Shown: positions 8,591 through 16,670, numbered from the stretch's first letter. The stretch is 32,000 nucleotides of DNA from Erysipelotrichaceae bacterium (GCA_963676105.1 OY781039.1:840001-872000), one strand, 5' to 3'. The notes: generated by a model not told the origin, from the sequence alone. Numbers and translations: made by a program.

Positions 8591-9364
8591 TTACATCTCC
8601 AATTTCTCTATTATTTCAATCCCCAAATCTTGAAAGTCTTTTTCCATTGTTTTAAAGAAATCAGCTTTTTTAAGGTATTTTGGATCATGAGCATCAAAAC
8701 CAATAATCGCTTTAACTTTGTATTGACTAGCGATTTTCCAAAAGTTTAAGTTTGGATACTTATAAGTCTCTATTCCATTATAAAGGGCTTTGCCGTGTTT
8801 TGTCCCTTTTAGGTTGATTTCTAAAGGACAATTAAACTTTTCAGCTGCTTGACAGATACGATGAGCAGCATCATCGCAGGCTTTTGTCCACGTATCTCTT
8901 CCTAACATAAAGTAGGATGGATGGGCAATAAACTTAAAAAGACCACTTTCAATGGCTTGTACCACTTGATCAGCATATGAAAGCATATCTTCATCCGTAC
9001 AAACTACATCATAAGCGTACTTATCTAAATCTTTATAATGTTGACCACAGATCATATAGTCCACTTTAGCTGACATTTCTTTATACAAGTCCATTCTTTC
9101 AGGATAAAATTCTGTTTCAAAACCTGTGTAGATTTTAATTTGATTTTTATATTTTTCTTTTAGGCTATTTATACTATTGATATATTCATCTCTTTGATCA
9201 AATTCCATTCTATCCCCTGGATTAGAAGCATCAGGATATGGCATATGATCTGAAAACCCTAATGTATCAAGTCCTGCTTCTATAGCCGCTAAGACATAGT
9301 CTTCATCAGATCCTACTGCATGACCACAACGTATGGTATGGGTATGATAGTTAGCTTTAATCAT
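8591..9364 (-). CDS. PHP-domain phosphatase, HisJ (histidinol-phosphatase)-family
   Basis: N-terminal metal-binding YHTHTIRCGHA, later FSDHMP and HPSY motifs; 257 aa. Its stop codon abuts the cls start with 0 nt between. Confidence 0.75.
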   Translation of the reverse strand: MIKANYHTHTIRCGHAVGSDEDYVLAAIEAGLDTLGFSDHMPYPDASNPGDRMEFDQRDEYINSINSLKEKYKNQIKIYTGFETEFYPERMDLYKEMSAKVDYMICGQHYKDLDKYAYDVVCTDEDMLSYADQVVQAIESGLFKFIAHPSYFMLGRDTWTKACDDAAHRICQAAEKFNCPLEINLKGTKHGKALYNGIETYKYPNLNFWKIASQYKVKAIIGFDAHDPKYLKKADFFKTMEKDFQDLGIEIIEKLEM

Positions 9365-10205
9365 TATTAGCTTCCTTAGCGTTATATTCTAAGACAAAAT
9401 CAATCGCTTCAGCGACGCTTTCAACAATGTTGTTAGCTGACTTCTTAATGATTTCATCAGCATGACTCATTGAAAAACTAAAGGGGATGACTTTCAACAT
9501 CGAGATATCATTCATCGAATCACCAATACATGCGACTTCAGTTGGTTTATAGCCTTTCAGTTCAATGAGTTCTAATAAAGCTTGACCTTTAGAAATACCC
9601 ATTGGCATGATTTCAATGTTGGTTGGACCAGAGTAGGTAATATCAAAGCGATCGCCAAACTTTTTATTGAATTGATCCATCATTTTAGTGCGATCTTCAA
9701 TAGTCCATATTAAACCAACGACTTTATTAAAAGGCGCCTTATTTAAATCATTGATCCATTCATCCATATTAATTTTTGGGCACTGTTTAACAACCCCTTC
9801 ACTCTCTAATTCATGAAAACGAATATAAGGTTCTTTATTGGTGTCATAAACCACATAATCACCGGCATTGGTAATGCCTAAGAAATTTGAATCAAGTTTA
9901 CACTCATGAATCGCTTCCATTAAATCAAAAGAATCTTGACGAGTTAAACCATGATTCGTGATTTCAATATTATCAATAACCACATTACAGCCATTCATGC
10001 CAATCGCATCGACTTGAAAACCAAATTCTTTTTCTAAGGTATGACGATAGAAAACATCACGTCCACTCGCCATCATAAAACGAACACCACTGTTATGGAG
10101 TTTTAGGACCGCTGTTTTATTTTCATCTGTTATTGAATTACTATGTTCTACCTTAGGATCATGTAAGAGTGTACCATCCATATCGGATACAAAAAGTTTA
10201 ATCAT
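9357..10205 (-). CDS. Cof-type HAD-IIB hydrolase (sugar-phosphate phosphatase-like)
   Basis: Motif I FVSDMDGTLL, motif III/IV CIGDSMNDISM. Start moved to ATG 10205 (MIKLFVSDMDGT) with GAGGT 5-6 nt upstream. 8-nt overlap with the PHP gene. Confidence 0.85.
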   Translation of the reverse strand: MIKLFVSDMDGTLLHDPKVEHSNSITDENKTAVLKLHNSGVRFMMASGRDVFYRHTLEKEFGFQVDAIGMNGCNVVIDNIEITNHGLTRQDSFDLMEAIHECKLDSNFLGITNAGDYVVYDTNKEPYIRFHELESEGVVKQCPKINMDEWINDLNKAPFNKVVGLIWTIEDRTKMMDQFNKKFGDRFDITYSGPTNIEIMPMGISKGQALLELIELKGYKPTEVACIGDSMNDISMLKVIPFSFSMSHADEIIKKSANNIVESVAEAIDFVLEYNAKEANND

Positions 10206-10231
10206 AAACAACCTCATTTCTCACAAAGTCC

Positions 10232-10240
10232 ATTATAACA
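10232..10240 (-). promoter_or_regulatory. Extended -10 (TGTTATAAT) upstream of the HAD-PHP-cls-patatin block
   Basis: The minus strand reads gggttTGTTATAATggactttgtgagaaatGAGGttgtttATG. Confidence 0.4.
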
Positions 10241-10275
10241 AACCCTTCTTTGGTAGATTTGCCATTTTTCATCAT

Positions 10276-10728
10276 TTAATCAATGACTTTTTTAAAGATG
10301 GCTTTTTCACGATCCCCTTGCAGGTAAAGTTCATGATTAACAGGGACTTTTTTAAGTGTTACAAACTCACAGCCTGCATACTGACAGGTTTTAAAGGATG
10401 CGAGATTATCCGTATTACAGGTAATAATAAGTTCTTTCATACCTAAGACTTTAGCTTGTTTAAAAAGCAGTAAACAAGCATGTGTCGCATAGCGATGACC
10501 TCGATAGGGTTTATAAATGGTATAGCCAATATGACCCGCTAAATCAATGGTGTCACCCTCACCTACGCGTATATCACAGCGACCTATGATGCGATTCTTT
10601 TCAAGTTCATAAATATCATAGATATAAGAAAGACCCCAACCATCAGGGTTGGAATCATTGTGTTTCGTAACGAATTTTAGTTTGATCACGCCATCACTCA
10701 AACTTGGTTTAAAAAGTTTGTTTAACAT
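10276..10728 (-). CDS. GNAT-family N-acetyltransferase
   Basis: 150 aa. Acetyl-CoA pocket region YRGHRYATHACLLLFKQAKVLGMKELIITCNTDNLAS, typical GNAT motif A/B. Confidence 0.8.
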   Translation of the reverse strand: MLNKLFKPSLSDGVIKLKFVTKHNDSNPDGWGLSYIYDIYELEKNRIIGRCDIRVGEGDTIDLAGHIGYTIYKPYRGHRYATHACLLLFKQAKVLGMKELIITCNTDNLASFKTCQYAGCEFVTLKKVPVNHELYLQGDREKAIFKKVID

Positions 10729-10736
10729 CTATCTCT

Positions 10737-10745
10737 ATTATATCA
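10737..10745 (-). promoter_or_regulatory. Extended -10 (TGATATAAT) only 8 nt upstream of the GNAT ATG (candidate leaderless transcript)
   Basis: The minus strand reads ctcTTTTTATTGATATAATagagatagATG. There is no usable SD spacing. Confidence 0.4.
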
Positions 10746-10746
10746 A

Positions 10747-10771
10747 TAAAAAGAGCCACATCAGTGACTCT
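10747..10771 (-). terminator. Rho-independent terminator of the EIIC gene
   Basis: The minus strand reads AGAGTCACtgatGTGGCTCTTTTTA: an 8-bp stem with one G.U pair, followed by a U-run. Confidence 0.7.
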
Positions 10772-10798
10772 AGTTGGGCATTATTTAGTTGTAGTTGT

Positions 10799-12082
10799 TT
10801 AAGCTTCTGCTTCGCCTTGTTCTTCAGCGTATTTTTTCTTATCCCAAGCTGCGATGAATGGGAAGTAGATTAAACCAGTAACCACAAAGTTAACGAGTTG
10901 TAGAAGAACGACACGAACATCCCCATTACCGATATAGAAACCGGATAGAATAATAGGCATAGTCCATGGAGCTGCAAGACCTGGTAGACGTCCTACCAAA
11001 CCTGAAGCAATCGCAAAGTATGAAATAAAGGTAATGATCATTGGAGCAAAGAAGAATGGAAGCATCATCATTGGGTTCATAATGATAGGTAAACCGAATG
11101 TGACTGTTTCATTAATGTTGAATAGCCCCGGAGCAATGGATAAACGTCCAATATATTGAATTTGTTGAGATTTAGCTAAGAAAGCCATAATGAATGCTAA
11201 TGATAATGTAGCACCTGAGCCACCTTGATAAATCAAGTTAGAAATAAATTCACGAGTAACAATATAAGGCAATTCTGAACCAGCTTGGTAAGCAGCTAAG
11301 TTTGAAAGTGTAGCTGCATCCCAGATAGGGTTGAACACAGAACCAACAATCGCTGCACCATGGATTCCAACAAACCAGAAAGCTGAGTTGAAGAAAATCG
11401 CAACCGCAGTCCCGGCAATACCTGTACCCACAGCTGTGAGTGGTACTTGTAGAACTTGAAGGATAAAATCAGAGAATGTGACATATGAAGTTTGCATAAA
11501 TATGAAACGAACAACTGTCCATCCAACTGTAGTAATAGCGGCTGGTGTTAAAGCTAAGAATTGATTAGAGATTGCAGGTGGAACTTGTTCAGGCAATTTG
11601 ATTGTCCAACCTTTTTCTAAAACAAAGACATAAACTTTAGCGGTAACGATTGCAACGACCATACCAGCAAATAAACCTTGTGAACCTAGGAATTGAGTAG
11701 CGTAACCGCCACCTTCCATTTGGTGTAAAAGAATAAAGAATCCTGATAATGAGATAACTGCACCAGGAAGTGCTGGTTTGTCATAAGTCTTAATAAGAGC
11801 ATAGGATACACCAACTGATGCAACCATACCAACAAGACCCATTGTTGAAGCGAAGATTACGCCCCAGTTAAACCATTTCCAGCCGTCTCCAAATATTGAA
11901 GCCATCATGTTTTGATAAGCGTCGACTGGCATTTCTGCAATAATAATCGTAAATGATCCAACAATCATTAGAGGTAATGACATAACCAAACCATCACGTA
12001 ATGACATGAGGTAGCGGTTTTGTTGGATTTTAGCTGCTATAGGAAGAAATTTTTCTTCTAATACGCGTGTAAAACCATCCAT
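10799..12082 (-). CDS. chbC: PTS lactose/cellobiose-family EIIC permease
   Basis: 427 aa and polytopic. N-terminal FLPIAAKIQQNRYLMSLRDG and the overall sequence are typical of CelB/ChbC/LicC EIIC. Confidence 0.88.
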   Translation of the reverse strand: MDGFTRVLEEKFLPIAAKIQQNRYLMSLRDGLVMSLPLMIVGSFTIIIAEMPVDAYQNMMASIFGDGWKWFNWGVIFASTMGLVGMVASVGVSYALIKTYDKPALPGAVISLSGFFILLHQMEGGGYATQFLGSQGLFAGMVVAIVTAKVYVFVLEKGWTIKLPEQVPPAISNQFLALTPAAITTVGWTVVRFIFMQTSYVTFSDFILQVLQVPLTAVGTGIAGTAVAIFFNSAFWFVGIHGAAIVGSVFNPIWDAATLSNLAAYQAGSELPYIVTREFISNLIYQGGSGATLSLAFIMAFLAKSQQIQYIGRLSIAPGLFNINETVTFGLPIIMNPMMMLPFFFAPMIITFISYFAIASGLVGRLPGLAAPWTMPIILSGFYIGNGDVRVVLLQLVNFVVTGLIYFPFIAAWDKKKYAEEQGEAEA

Positions 12083-12179
12083 ATATTATAATTCCCCTTT
12101 CGGAATGAATGGAGTATCTAACTCACTTGCCCAGTGTGATTTATACTCCATGAGCACATCTGTCGATGTCTCTATGAAG

Positions 12180-12208
12180 ATTATAATATAAGCGCTTACA
12201 TTACACAA
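12180..12208 (-). promoter_or_regulatory. Candidate sigma-A promoter of the EIIC gene (TTGTGT-17-TATAAT)
   Basis: The minus strand has -35 at 12203-12208 and -10 at 12180-12185. It lies downstream of a terminator and about 100 nt upstream of the EIIC ATG. Confidence 0.45.
12187..12200 (-). promoter_or_regulatory. cre (CcpA) box, 13/14 match, inside the EIIC promoter spacer
   Basis: TGTAAGCGCTTATA versus consensus TGWAANCGNTNWCA, with a single mismatch at position 13. Confidence 0.55.
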
Positions 12209-12260
12209 GCAAAATATGGAAAAAAATGTGATAAATTCACTTAATTGTGTGAGTAGACAA

Positions 12261-12294
12261 CAAAAAAAGGACATTTCTATCAATAAATGTCCTT
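12261..12294 (-). terminator. Rho-independent terminator after the EIIB-like gene
   Basis: The minus strand reads AAGGACATTTattgatagAAATGTCCTTTTTTTGTTG: a perfect 10-bp stem, 8-nt loop and U-run. Confidence 0.8.
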
Positions 12295-12309
12295 AAATTA
12301 AGCTAATTT

Positions 12310-12612
12310 TTAAACAGTCACTTTAGCGAAGATATCTTCGATACGACGTGTTGCGAAGTGACTCATTTTCGCAATGCTGTAAGGAATGCCGTTATCATCT
12401 AAATATTTAACAATTTCAGCTTGCCAAACAATTGTTTCTGGTCCAATGATCGCAAAATCAGGTTTGAATTCATCCATTGGTCCAACAAAATCAGGATGTA
12501 AGATTAATTTTACTTCGTAAGGCATTTCACCTTTTTCTTTACGAATTTCAATAGCTGTCATAAATGCATTGGTTTGATTAGATTTACGGCTAATAACTGC
12601 AACTTTTTTCAT
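12310..12612 (-). CDS. PTS EIIB(cellobiose)-fold paralog lacking the phosphorylatable Cys
   Basis: MKKVAVISRKSNQT.. aligns with MRKIMLFCAAGMSTS.. of the bona fide EIIB at 15607-15930. IIGPETI matches LLGPQVR and IPYSIAKMSHF matches VPVDVINMMDY. Ser sits at the Cys position. Start at ATG 12612 with AGAGGAGA upstream. Confidence 0.55.
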   Translation of the reverse strand: MKKVAVISRKSNQTNAFMTAIEIRKEKGEMPYEVKLILHPDFVGPMDEFKPDFAIIGPETIVWQAEIVKYLDDNGIPYSIAKMSHFATRRIEDIFAKVTV

Positions 12613-12625
12613 ATGTTTCTCCTCT

Positions 12626-13327
12626 TTAGAAATGTCCGAGCTCGAAACCTGATTCACTCACCCAATCTAAGAGTTCTGGGCTTGTTAAAGTTTCAAGTTC
12701 TTTGACTCGATTACTATTATAGGTAGAGATCTTTAGTAAATCAACATCGATAAAGGCAACATGACACATTATTTCAAGTAAATTGTTGTTTTTTGAGCTA
12801 TTTACCACACTTTTAAAATCTTCAATCGACACATGATCGCCATAAAAGTTATGAACAAACATTGGATGATCACTTAATGCTCGAACATATTCAATATCAT
12901 ATTCTTTAGCCAAGCGGAGTGTGACATCTTTTGTTTGGTCTAAAGCTTGAGTATGATGATGACCATCAATATGCGTTGGTTTACGTCCAAACACTTCAAT
13001 AAATCGCTCCATTTGTGCTTTATATTCACGATAGACTTCTTCAGCATCGATTTCAGATGCGTTTAATACACTATTTTTTAAGAAATGGCCATTATCATCC
13101 ACGATTGTTTTATGATCTTTTAGTAATGGAAAACCCGCTGTAAGTACTAAGTGTAAACCAACCCCTAATTCTGGATTCGCCTTAGCTAAATTTGCCGCAT
13201 GTTCAATAGCTGGCATATTAACCATCGCAGTGGTCGATCTAAGTACACCCTTTTGAAGTGCTTTAATGACTCCATAATTCACACCTTCTGTTAATCCAAA
13301 ATCATCTGAGTTAACAATTAATTTCAT
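12626..13327 (-). CDS. chbG: ChbG/YdjC-family chitooligosaccharide deacetylase
   Basis: N-terminal MKLIVNSDDFGLTEGVNYGVIKA, plus later HLVLT and HIDGHHH metal-site motifs typical of YdjC. Confidence 0.85.
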   Translation of the reverse strand: MKLIVNSDDFGLTEGVNYGVIKALQKGVLRSTTAMVNMPAIEHAANLAKANPELGVGLHLVLTAGFPLLKDHKTIVDDNGHFLKNSVLNASEIDAEEVYREYKAQMERFIEVFGRKPTHIDGHHHTQALDQTKDVTLRLAKEYDIEYVRALSDHPMFVHNFYGDHVSIEDFKSVVNSSKNNNLLEIMCHVAFIDVDLLKISTYNSNRVKELETLTSPELLDWVSESGFELGHF

Positions 13328-13329
13328 CT

Positions 13330-14112
13330 CTATTTCTCCTTTATTAAGATATTTAATTTCTCAAGAGCTTTTCGAATGCCTTCTTGATTAAAATCATCAG
13401 TAATCATTTTTGCCTTTTCTTTGACTTCTACATTTGCATTGCCCATCGCAATACCCACGCCAACACCTTCAAGCATTTCTATATCATTATGACTATCTCC
13501 AAAGGCAATAATATTTTCTTTTGATATATTTAAATAATCAGCTGCCTTGAGTACAGCTTCTAATTTTGTGATGCCTTTAGGAATGACATCTACCATATAT
13601 CCATGATACCTGTGGATGATATATTGTGGTACAAGATTTTTTAATTCTTGATCATATTTGGAATCATACGCCAACAACAAAATATGTTCATAAGGTAAGT
13701 TTGCTTGATGAGGTCCATAGTTTTCAATTCGTTTGTAAGATATATGATCAACAATATTTGGATCCTTTGGCTCGCTTCCCCTAAATATCCCGAGTACTGA
13801 ATGAACCCCAAATAGTGTTCCATTTTTTTCTTCAACCCAGTCTTCCAGTTGTTTCCTAATTCCTGGATCTACTTTATTTTCAAAAAGAACTTTATCAAAG
13901 ACTTTAACGTATTGACCATTATTGGTCACATACACATCCCAATCAATATCAAAATTCTTAAAATAGAAAGCTGCTCTGCCGGAGGCAATACCGATTAAAA
14001 CATCTTCTTTCTCTTTAAGTTCTTTTAATACCTGAATTTGATATTCAGGTAAAGTCTGATTTTGCGAATCATAAAGGGTATCATCCCAATCGAAGACAAT
14101 GAGTTTTTTCAT
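13330..14112 (-). CDS. Cof-type HAD-IIB hydrolase
   Basis: Motif I VFDWDDTLY and motif IV AFGDSHNDIEM; 260 aa. No SD: the ATG sits 8 nt after a GC-rich hairpin. Confidence 0.8.
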   Translation of the reverse strand: MKKLIVFDWDDTLYDSQNQTLPEYQIQVLKELKEKEDVLIGIASGRAAFYFKNFDIDWDVYVTNNGQYVKVFDKVLFENKVDPGIRKQLEDWVEEKNGTLFGVHSVLGIFRGSEPKDPNIVDHISYKRIENYGPHQANLPYEHILLLAYDSKYDQELKNLVPQYIIHRYHGYMVDVIPKGITKLEAVLKAADYLNISKENIIAFGDSHNDIEMLEGVGVGIAMGNANVEVKEKAKMITDDFNQEGIRKALEKLNILIKEK

Positions 14113-14120
14113 ATGAACAA

Positions 14121-14143
14121 AAGTGCCCTTTTAATGGGCACTT
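14121..14143 (-). terminator. Intercistronic GC-rich hairpin (attenuator or partial terminator, or a stability element)
   Basis: The minus strand reads AAGTGCCCattaaaaGGGCACTTTTGTTCATATG: a perfect 8-bp stem and a short U-tract. The downstream ATG follows with no room for a promoter. Confidence 0.5.
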
Positions 14144-14151
14144 AGTAATCT

Positions 14152-15465
14152 CTATTTAAAGAATTTTGGAAGGTATTCTTTATGTGCTTCCAACATTTCA
14201 TCTAAAATCACTTTAGCCAATTTTTGATCATGAACAAGTGGATTGATTGTCATTGCAGTTAATGCTGTCTTATAATCCCCTGATACTGCAGCATCTGAAC
14301 CAATTTGTTCGAAAGATTTAATTGATTGAACCAAACCATTGACTGCCGCAGGAAGTGGTCCCATGACAAGTGGTACTGGTCCTGCTTTAGTAATCACACA
14401 AGACACTTCAACCGCAACATCATAAGGTAAATTATAAATCGCACCTCTGTTGAGTGTATTAACAGGTTGAATATCTTTCGTATCGTTATACATACTTGCG
14501 ATTAGATTACATGCCGCATCTGAATAATATGCACCACCACGTTTTTCTAGTTCAGCAGGTTTTTCTTTCAGATTAACATCTTTGTATTTTTCAAAGAGTT
14601 CAGCTTCAACTTGTTTAACAACTTGGGCACGGACTTTACCTTCTTTAGCATCTTCAAGGACATGTTCTAACATTGCTTTACCTTGGAAGTAATAGCGGTG
14701 ATAGCCACATGGCATGACGCCTAAGCTATCAATGAAGTCTGGATCCCATGGCGTATCATGAATGTTTGCCATAGATTTCTTATCTGTTTTAAGTAGTTCT
14801 AAAACTTTTTCAGTGACTTCAACACCATCTAAATAGATATGATGACCAAAAACCATATGATTTAAACCAGCGAAATCAACACGAACGCGATCCATTTCAA
14901 CTTCTAATAAGTCAGCAGCTTGTCTTTGCATGCCAATAGGAACATTACATAGACCTACAAATTTATTCCAGTTTGTATGTCTGAAGACAGCTTCAGTGAC
15001 CATACCAGCAGGATTGGCAAAGTTAATTAACCATGCATCAGGACAGAGTTCTTCCATATCTTTAATAATATCTAAGATAACGGGAATGGTTCTTAACCCT
15101 TTAAATAAACCACCAGGTCCATTAGTTTCTTGACCGAGTACGCCATGTTTTGATGGAATGAGTTCATCTTTAATACGTGCATCTAACATTCCGACTCTAA
15201 GTTGTGTTGTAACAAAGTCCGCATCTTTTAAAGCACCGCGCCGATCCATTGTGAGATGAATCTTCATATCAACACCTGCTTTTTCAACCATACGTTTAGC
15301 TAAATTACCAACAATATTTAATTTTTCTTCTCCAGCTGGAACATCTACTAACCAGAGTTCTTCGACTGGTAGATAATCATAGCGTTTAATAAAACCTTCA
15401 ACGAGTTCTGGTGTATAGGATGAACCTCCACCAATTGTGACAATTTTTAAACCTTTTTTACTCAT
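14152..15465 (-). CDS. chbF: GH4 6-phospho-beta-glucosidase (NAD/Mn-dependent)
   Basis: N-terminal Rossmann LKIVTIGGGSSYTPELVEG and a 437-aa GH4-type sequence (..NFANPAGMVTEA..GLCNVP..). SD AAGGAGGA. Confidence 0.9.
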   Translation of the reverse strand: MSKKGLKIVTIGGGSSYTPELVEGFIKRYDYLPVEELWLVDVPAGEEKLNIVGNLAKRMVEKAGVDMKIHLTMDRRGALKDADFVTTQLRVGMLDARIKDELIPSKHGVLGQETNGPGGLFKGLRTIPVILDIIKDMEELCPDAWLINFANPAGMVTEAVFRHTNWNKFVGLCNVPIGMQRQAADLLEVEMDRVRVDFAGLNHMVFGHHIYLDGVEVTEKVLELLKTDKKSMANIHDTPWDPDFIDSLGVMPCGYHRYYFQGKAMLEHVLEDAKEGKVRAQVVKQVEAELFEKYKDVNLKEKPAELEKRGGAYYSDAACNLIASMYNDTKDIQPVNTLNRGAIYNLPYDVAVEVSCVITKAGPVPLVMGPLPAAVNGLVQSIKSFEQIGSDAAVSGDYKTALTAMTINPLVHDQKLAKVILDEMLEAHKEYLPKFFK

Positions 15466-15493
15466 AAATCCTCCTTCTTTTTAAGTTTTCTTA

Positions 15494-15507
15494 TGAGAAC
15501 GCTTTCA
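15494..15507 (-). promoter_or_regulatory. cre (CcpA) box, 14/14 consensus match, overlapping the predicted transcription start of chbF
   Basis: The minus strand reads TGAAAGCGTTCTCA, a full match to TGWAANCGNTNWCA. Its first T is the last T of the -10 TATAAT. Confidence 0.7.
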
Positions 15508-15535
15508 TTATAACAAGCCCATTCACTGTAAACAA
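15507..15535 (-). promoter_or_regulatory. Candidate sigma-A promoter of chbF (TTGTTT-17-TGT-TATAAT)
   Basis: -35 at 15530-15535, extended -10 at 15507-15515, located right after the EIIB terminator. Confidence 0.55.
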
Positions 15536-15558
15536 TGAAAGTACTACTGAAAAGCATG

Positions 15559-15586
15559 AAAAAAAGTGCCAAAATTTTGACACTTT
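15559..15586 (-). terminator. Rho-independent terminator after the EIIB gene
   Basis: The minus strand reads AAAGTGTCAAAATTTTGGCACTTTTTTTC: the stem has one G.U pair and is followed by U7. Confidence 0.7.
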
Positions 15587-15606
15587 AATTTACAGATTAA
15601 GAAATA

Positions 15607-15930
15607 TTATTTCTTAGGGTTTTCAGCCATTAGTTTTAAAGCTTGGTCTAAAACTTTAGGTCCGTTACATGATCCGTAGTCCATCATATTGATAACATCT
15701 ACTGGAACACCTAATTTGCCGCCCTTTTCTTGAGCTTCTTTTAAACGGAAACGAACTTGTGGGCCTAGAAGACAAACGTCAACTTCACCTAATTCTCTTT
15801 CATACTCTGATTGTGCAACAGCCCAGATTTTTAAATCATTAAGGCCACGAGCTTCAGCTTCTTTTTGCATTTTGCTAACTAGTAAACTTGTTGACATACC
15901 AGCTGCACAGAACAACATAATTTTACGCAT
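15607..15930 (-). CDS. chbB: PTS lactose/cellobiose-family EIIB
   Basis: MRKIMLFCAAGMSTSLLVSKMQ contains the active-site Cys motif. Start moved to ATG 15930 with AGGAGGA upstream. Confidence 0.88.
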   Translation of the reverse strand: MRKIMLFCAAGMSTSLLVSKMQKEAEARGLNDLKIWAVAQSEYERELGEVDVCLLGPQVRFRLKEAQEKGGKLGVPVDVINMMDYGSCNGPKVLDQALKLMAENPKK

Positions 15931-15968
15931 CCTAATCCTCCTGAATTTTTTGTAGGTATACTGAACAT

Positions 15969-15997
15969 AATATACCACTGCACTCATACAAGTTCAA
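15969..15997 (-). promoter_or_regulatory. Candidate promoter of EIIB (TTGAAC-17-TGG-TATATT)
   Basis: -35 at 15992-15997, -10 at 15969-15974, with an extended TG. Confidence 0.5.
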
Positions 15998-16043
15998 GAA
16001 AAATAGGGCTTACATGATGATACATTGTTTCAATTTTTAACTG

Positions 16044-16072
16044 TTGAGTGATACAAAAATCTTAGGTATAAT
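16044..16072 (+). promoter_or_regulatory. Candidate promoter of the RDD gene pair (TTGAGT-17-TATAAT)
   Basis: -35 at 16044-16049, -10 at 16067-16072. SD GGTGAGG precedes ATG 16092. Confidence 0.5.
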
Positions 16073-16091
16073 AGACCGGTGAGGTACAAAT

Positions 16092-16670
16092 ATGTCCAAA
16101 ACTAATAAAAAGGTTGTTCAATCAAAAACTGTTTTAACAGCGCCAAACTTTAAGCGTCTTACAGCATTCGTGATTGATTATGTGATTGTATACATTGCTT
16201 TAGCCATTGTCATTACACTCGCACGTAGTTCATTAGATTTAGAAAATGCATCTGCGGGAATCCAAGCTGGTGTTTATCTATTCTTAATTGTCTTATCATT
16301 AGCTTACTTTGTTTTAGTTCCTACCCTTATCTTTAATGATGATCGCAAAGGTCAAACCATTGGTAAACGTGTGATGGGATTAAAAATTATTCGTGTCAAC
16401 GGGACTGAAGTCACGATGTTAACCCTACTTATCCGTACATTGTTTATGTTATTAGGTGAAGGTATGGTTATGATTTCTACTTTATATGTATTAGAAATCG
16501 CTGGATTATTGGGTATGCCTATTAACTTTATTGGTTATTTGGGAACTGCCTATATTATGGTCACTTTAGTTTCATGTACGATTATGATTATTCGCCCTAA
16601 TCGTCAAATGTTCCATGATTACATTGCCAATACCGTCGTCATTCTATACGATCAAAAAGTGCAAAGATAA
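16092..16670 (+). CDS. RDD-family membrane protein
   Basis: FKRLTAFVIDYVIV.., GQTIGKRVMGLKIIR and MFHDYIANTVV are the RDD-domain hallmarks. 3-4 TM helices. Confidence 0.75.
   Translation: MSKTNKKVVQSKTVLTAPNFKRLTAFVIDYVIVYIALAIVITLARSSLDLENASAGIQAGVYLFLIVLSLAYFVLVPTLIFNDDRKGQTIGKRVMGLKIIRVNGTEVTMLTLLIRTLFMLLGEGMVMISTLYVLEIAGLLGMPINFIGYLGTAYIMVTLVSCTIMIIRPNRQMFHDYIANTVVILYDQKVQR

Noticed and set aside
12086-12283. 65-aa minus-strand ORF between the EIIB-like gene and EIIC
   Set aside because: It spans a strong intrinsic terminator, a promoter and a cre box. It has no SD and an odd Cys/Phe-rich composition. The region is better explained as regulatory DNA.
15466-15606. RAT/PRD-antiterminator target in the chb-type leaders
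   Set aside because: No sequence resembling the LicT/SacY RAT consensus overlaps the terminators at 15559-15586 or 12261-12294. Regulation by a PRD antiterminator is therefore unsupported by the sequence.
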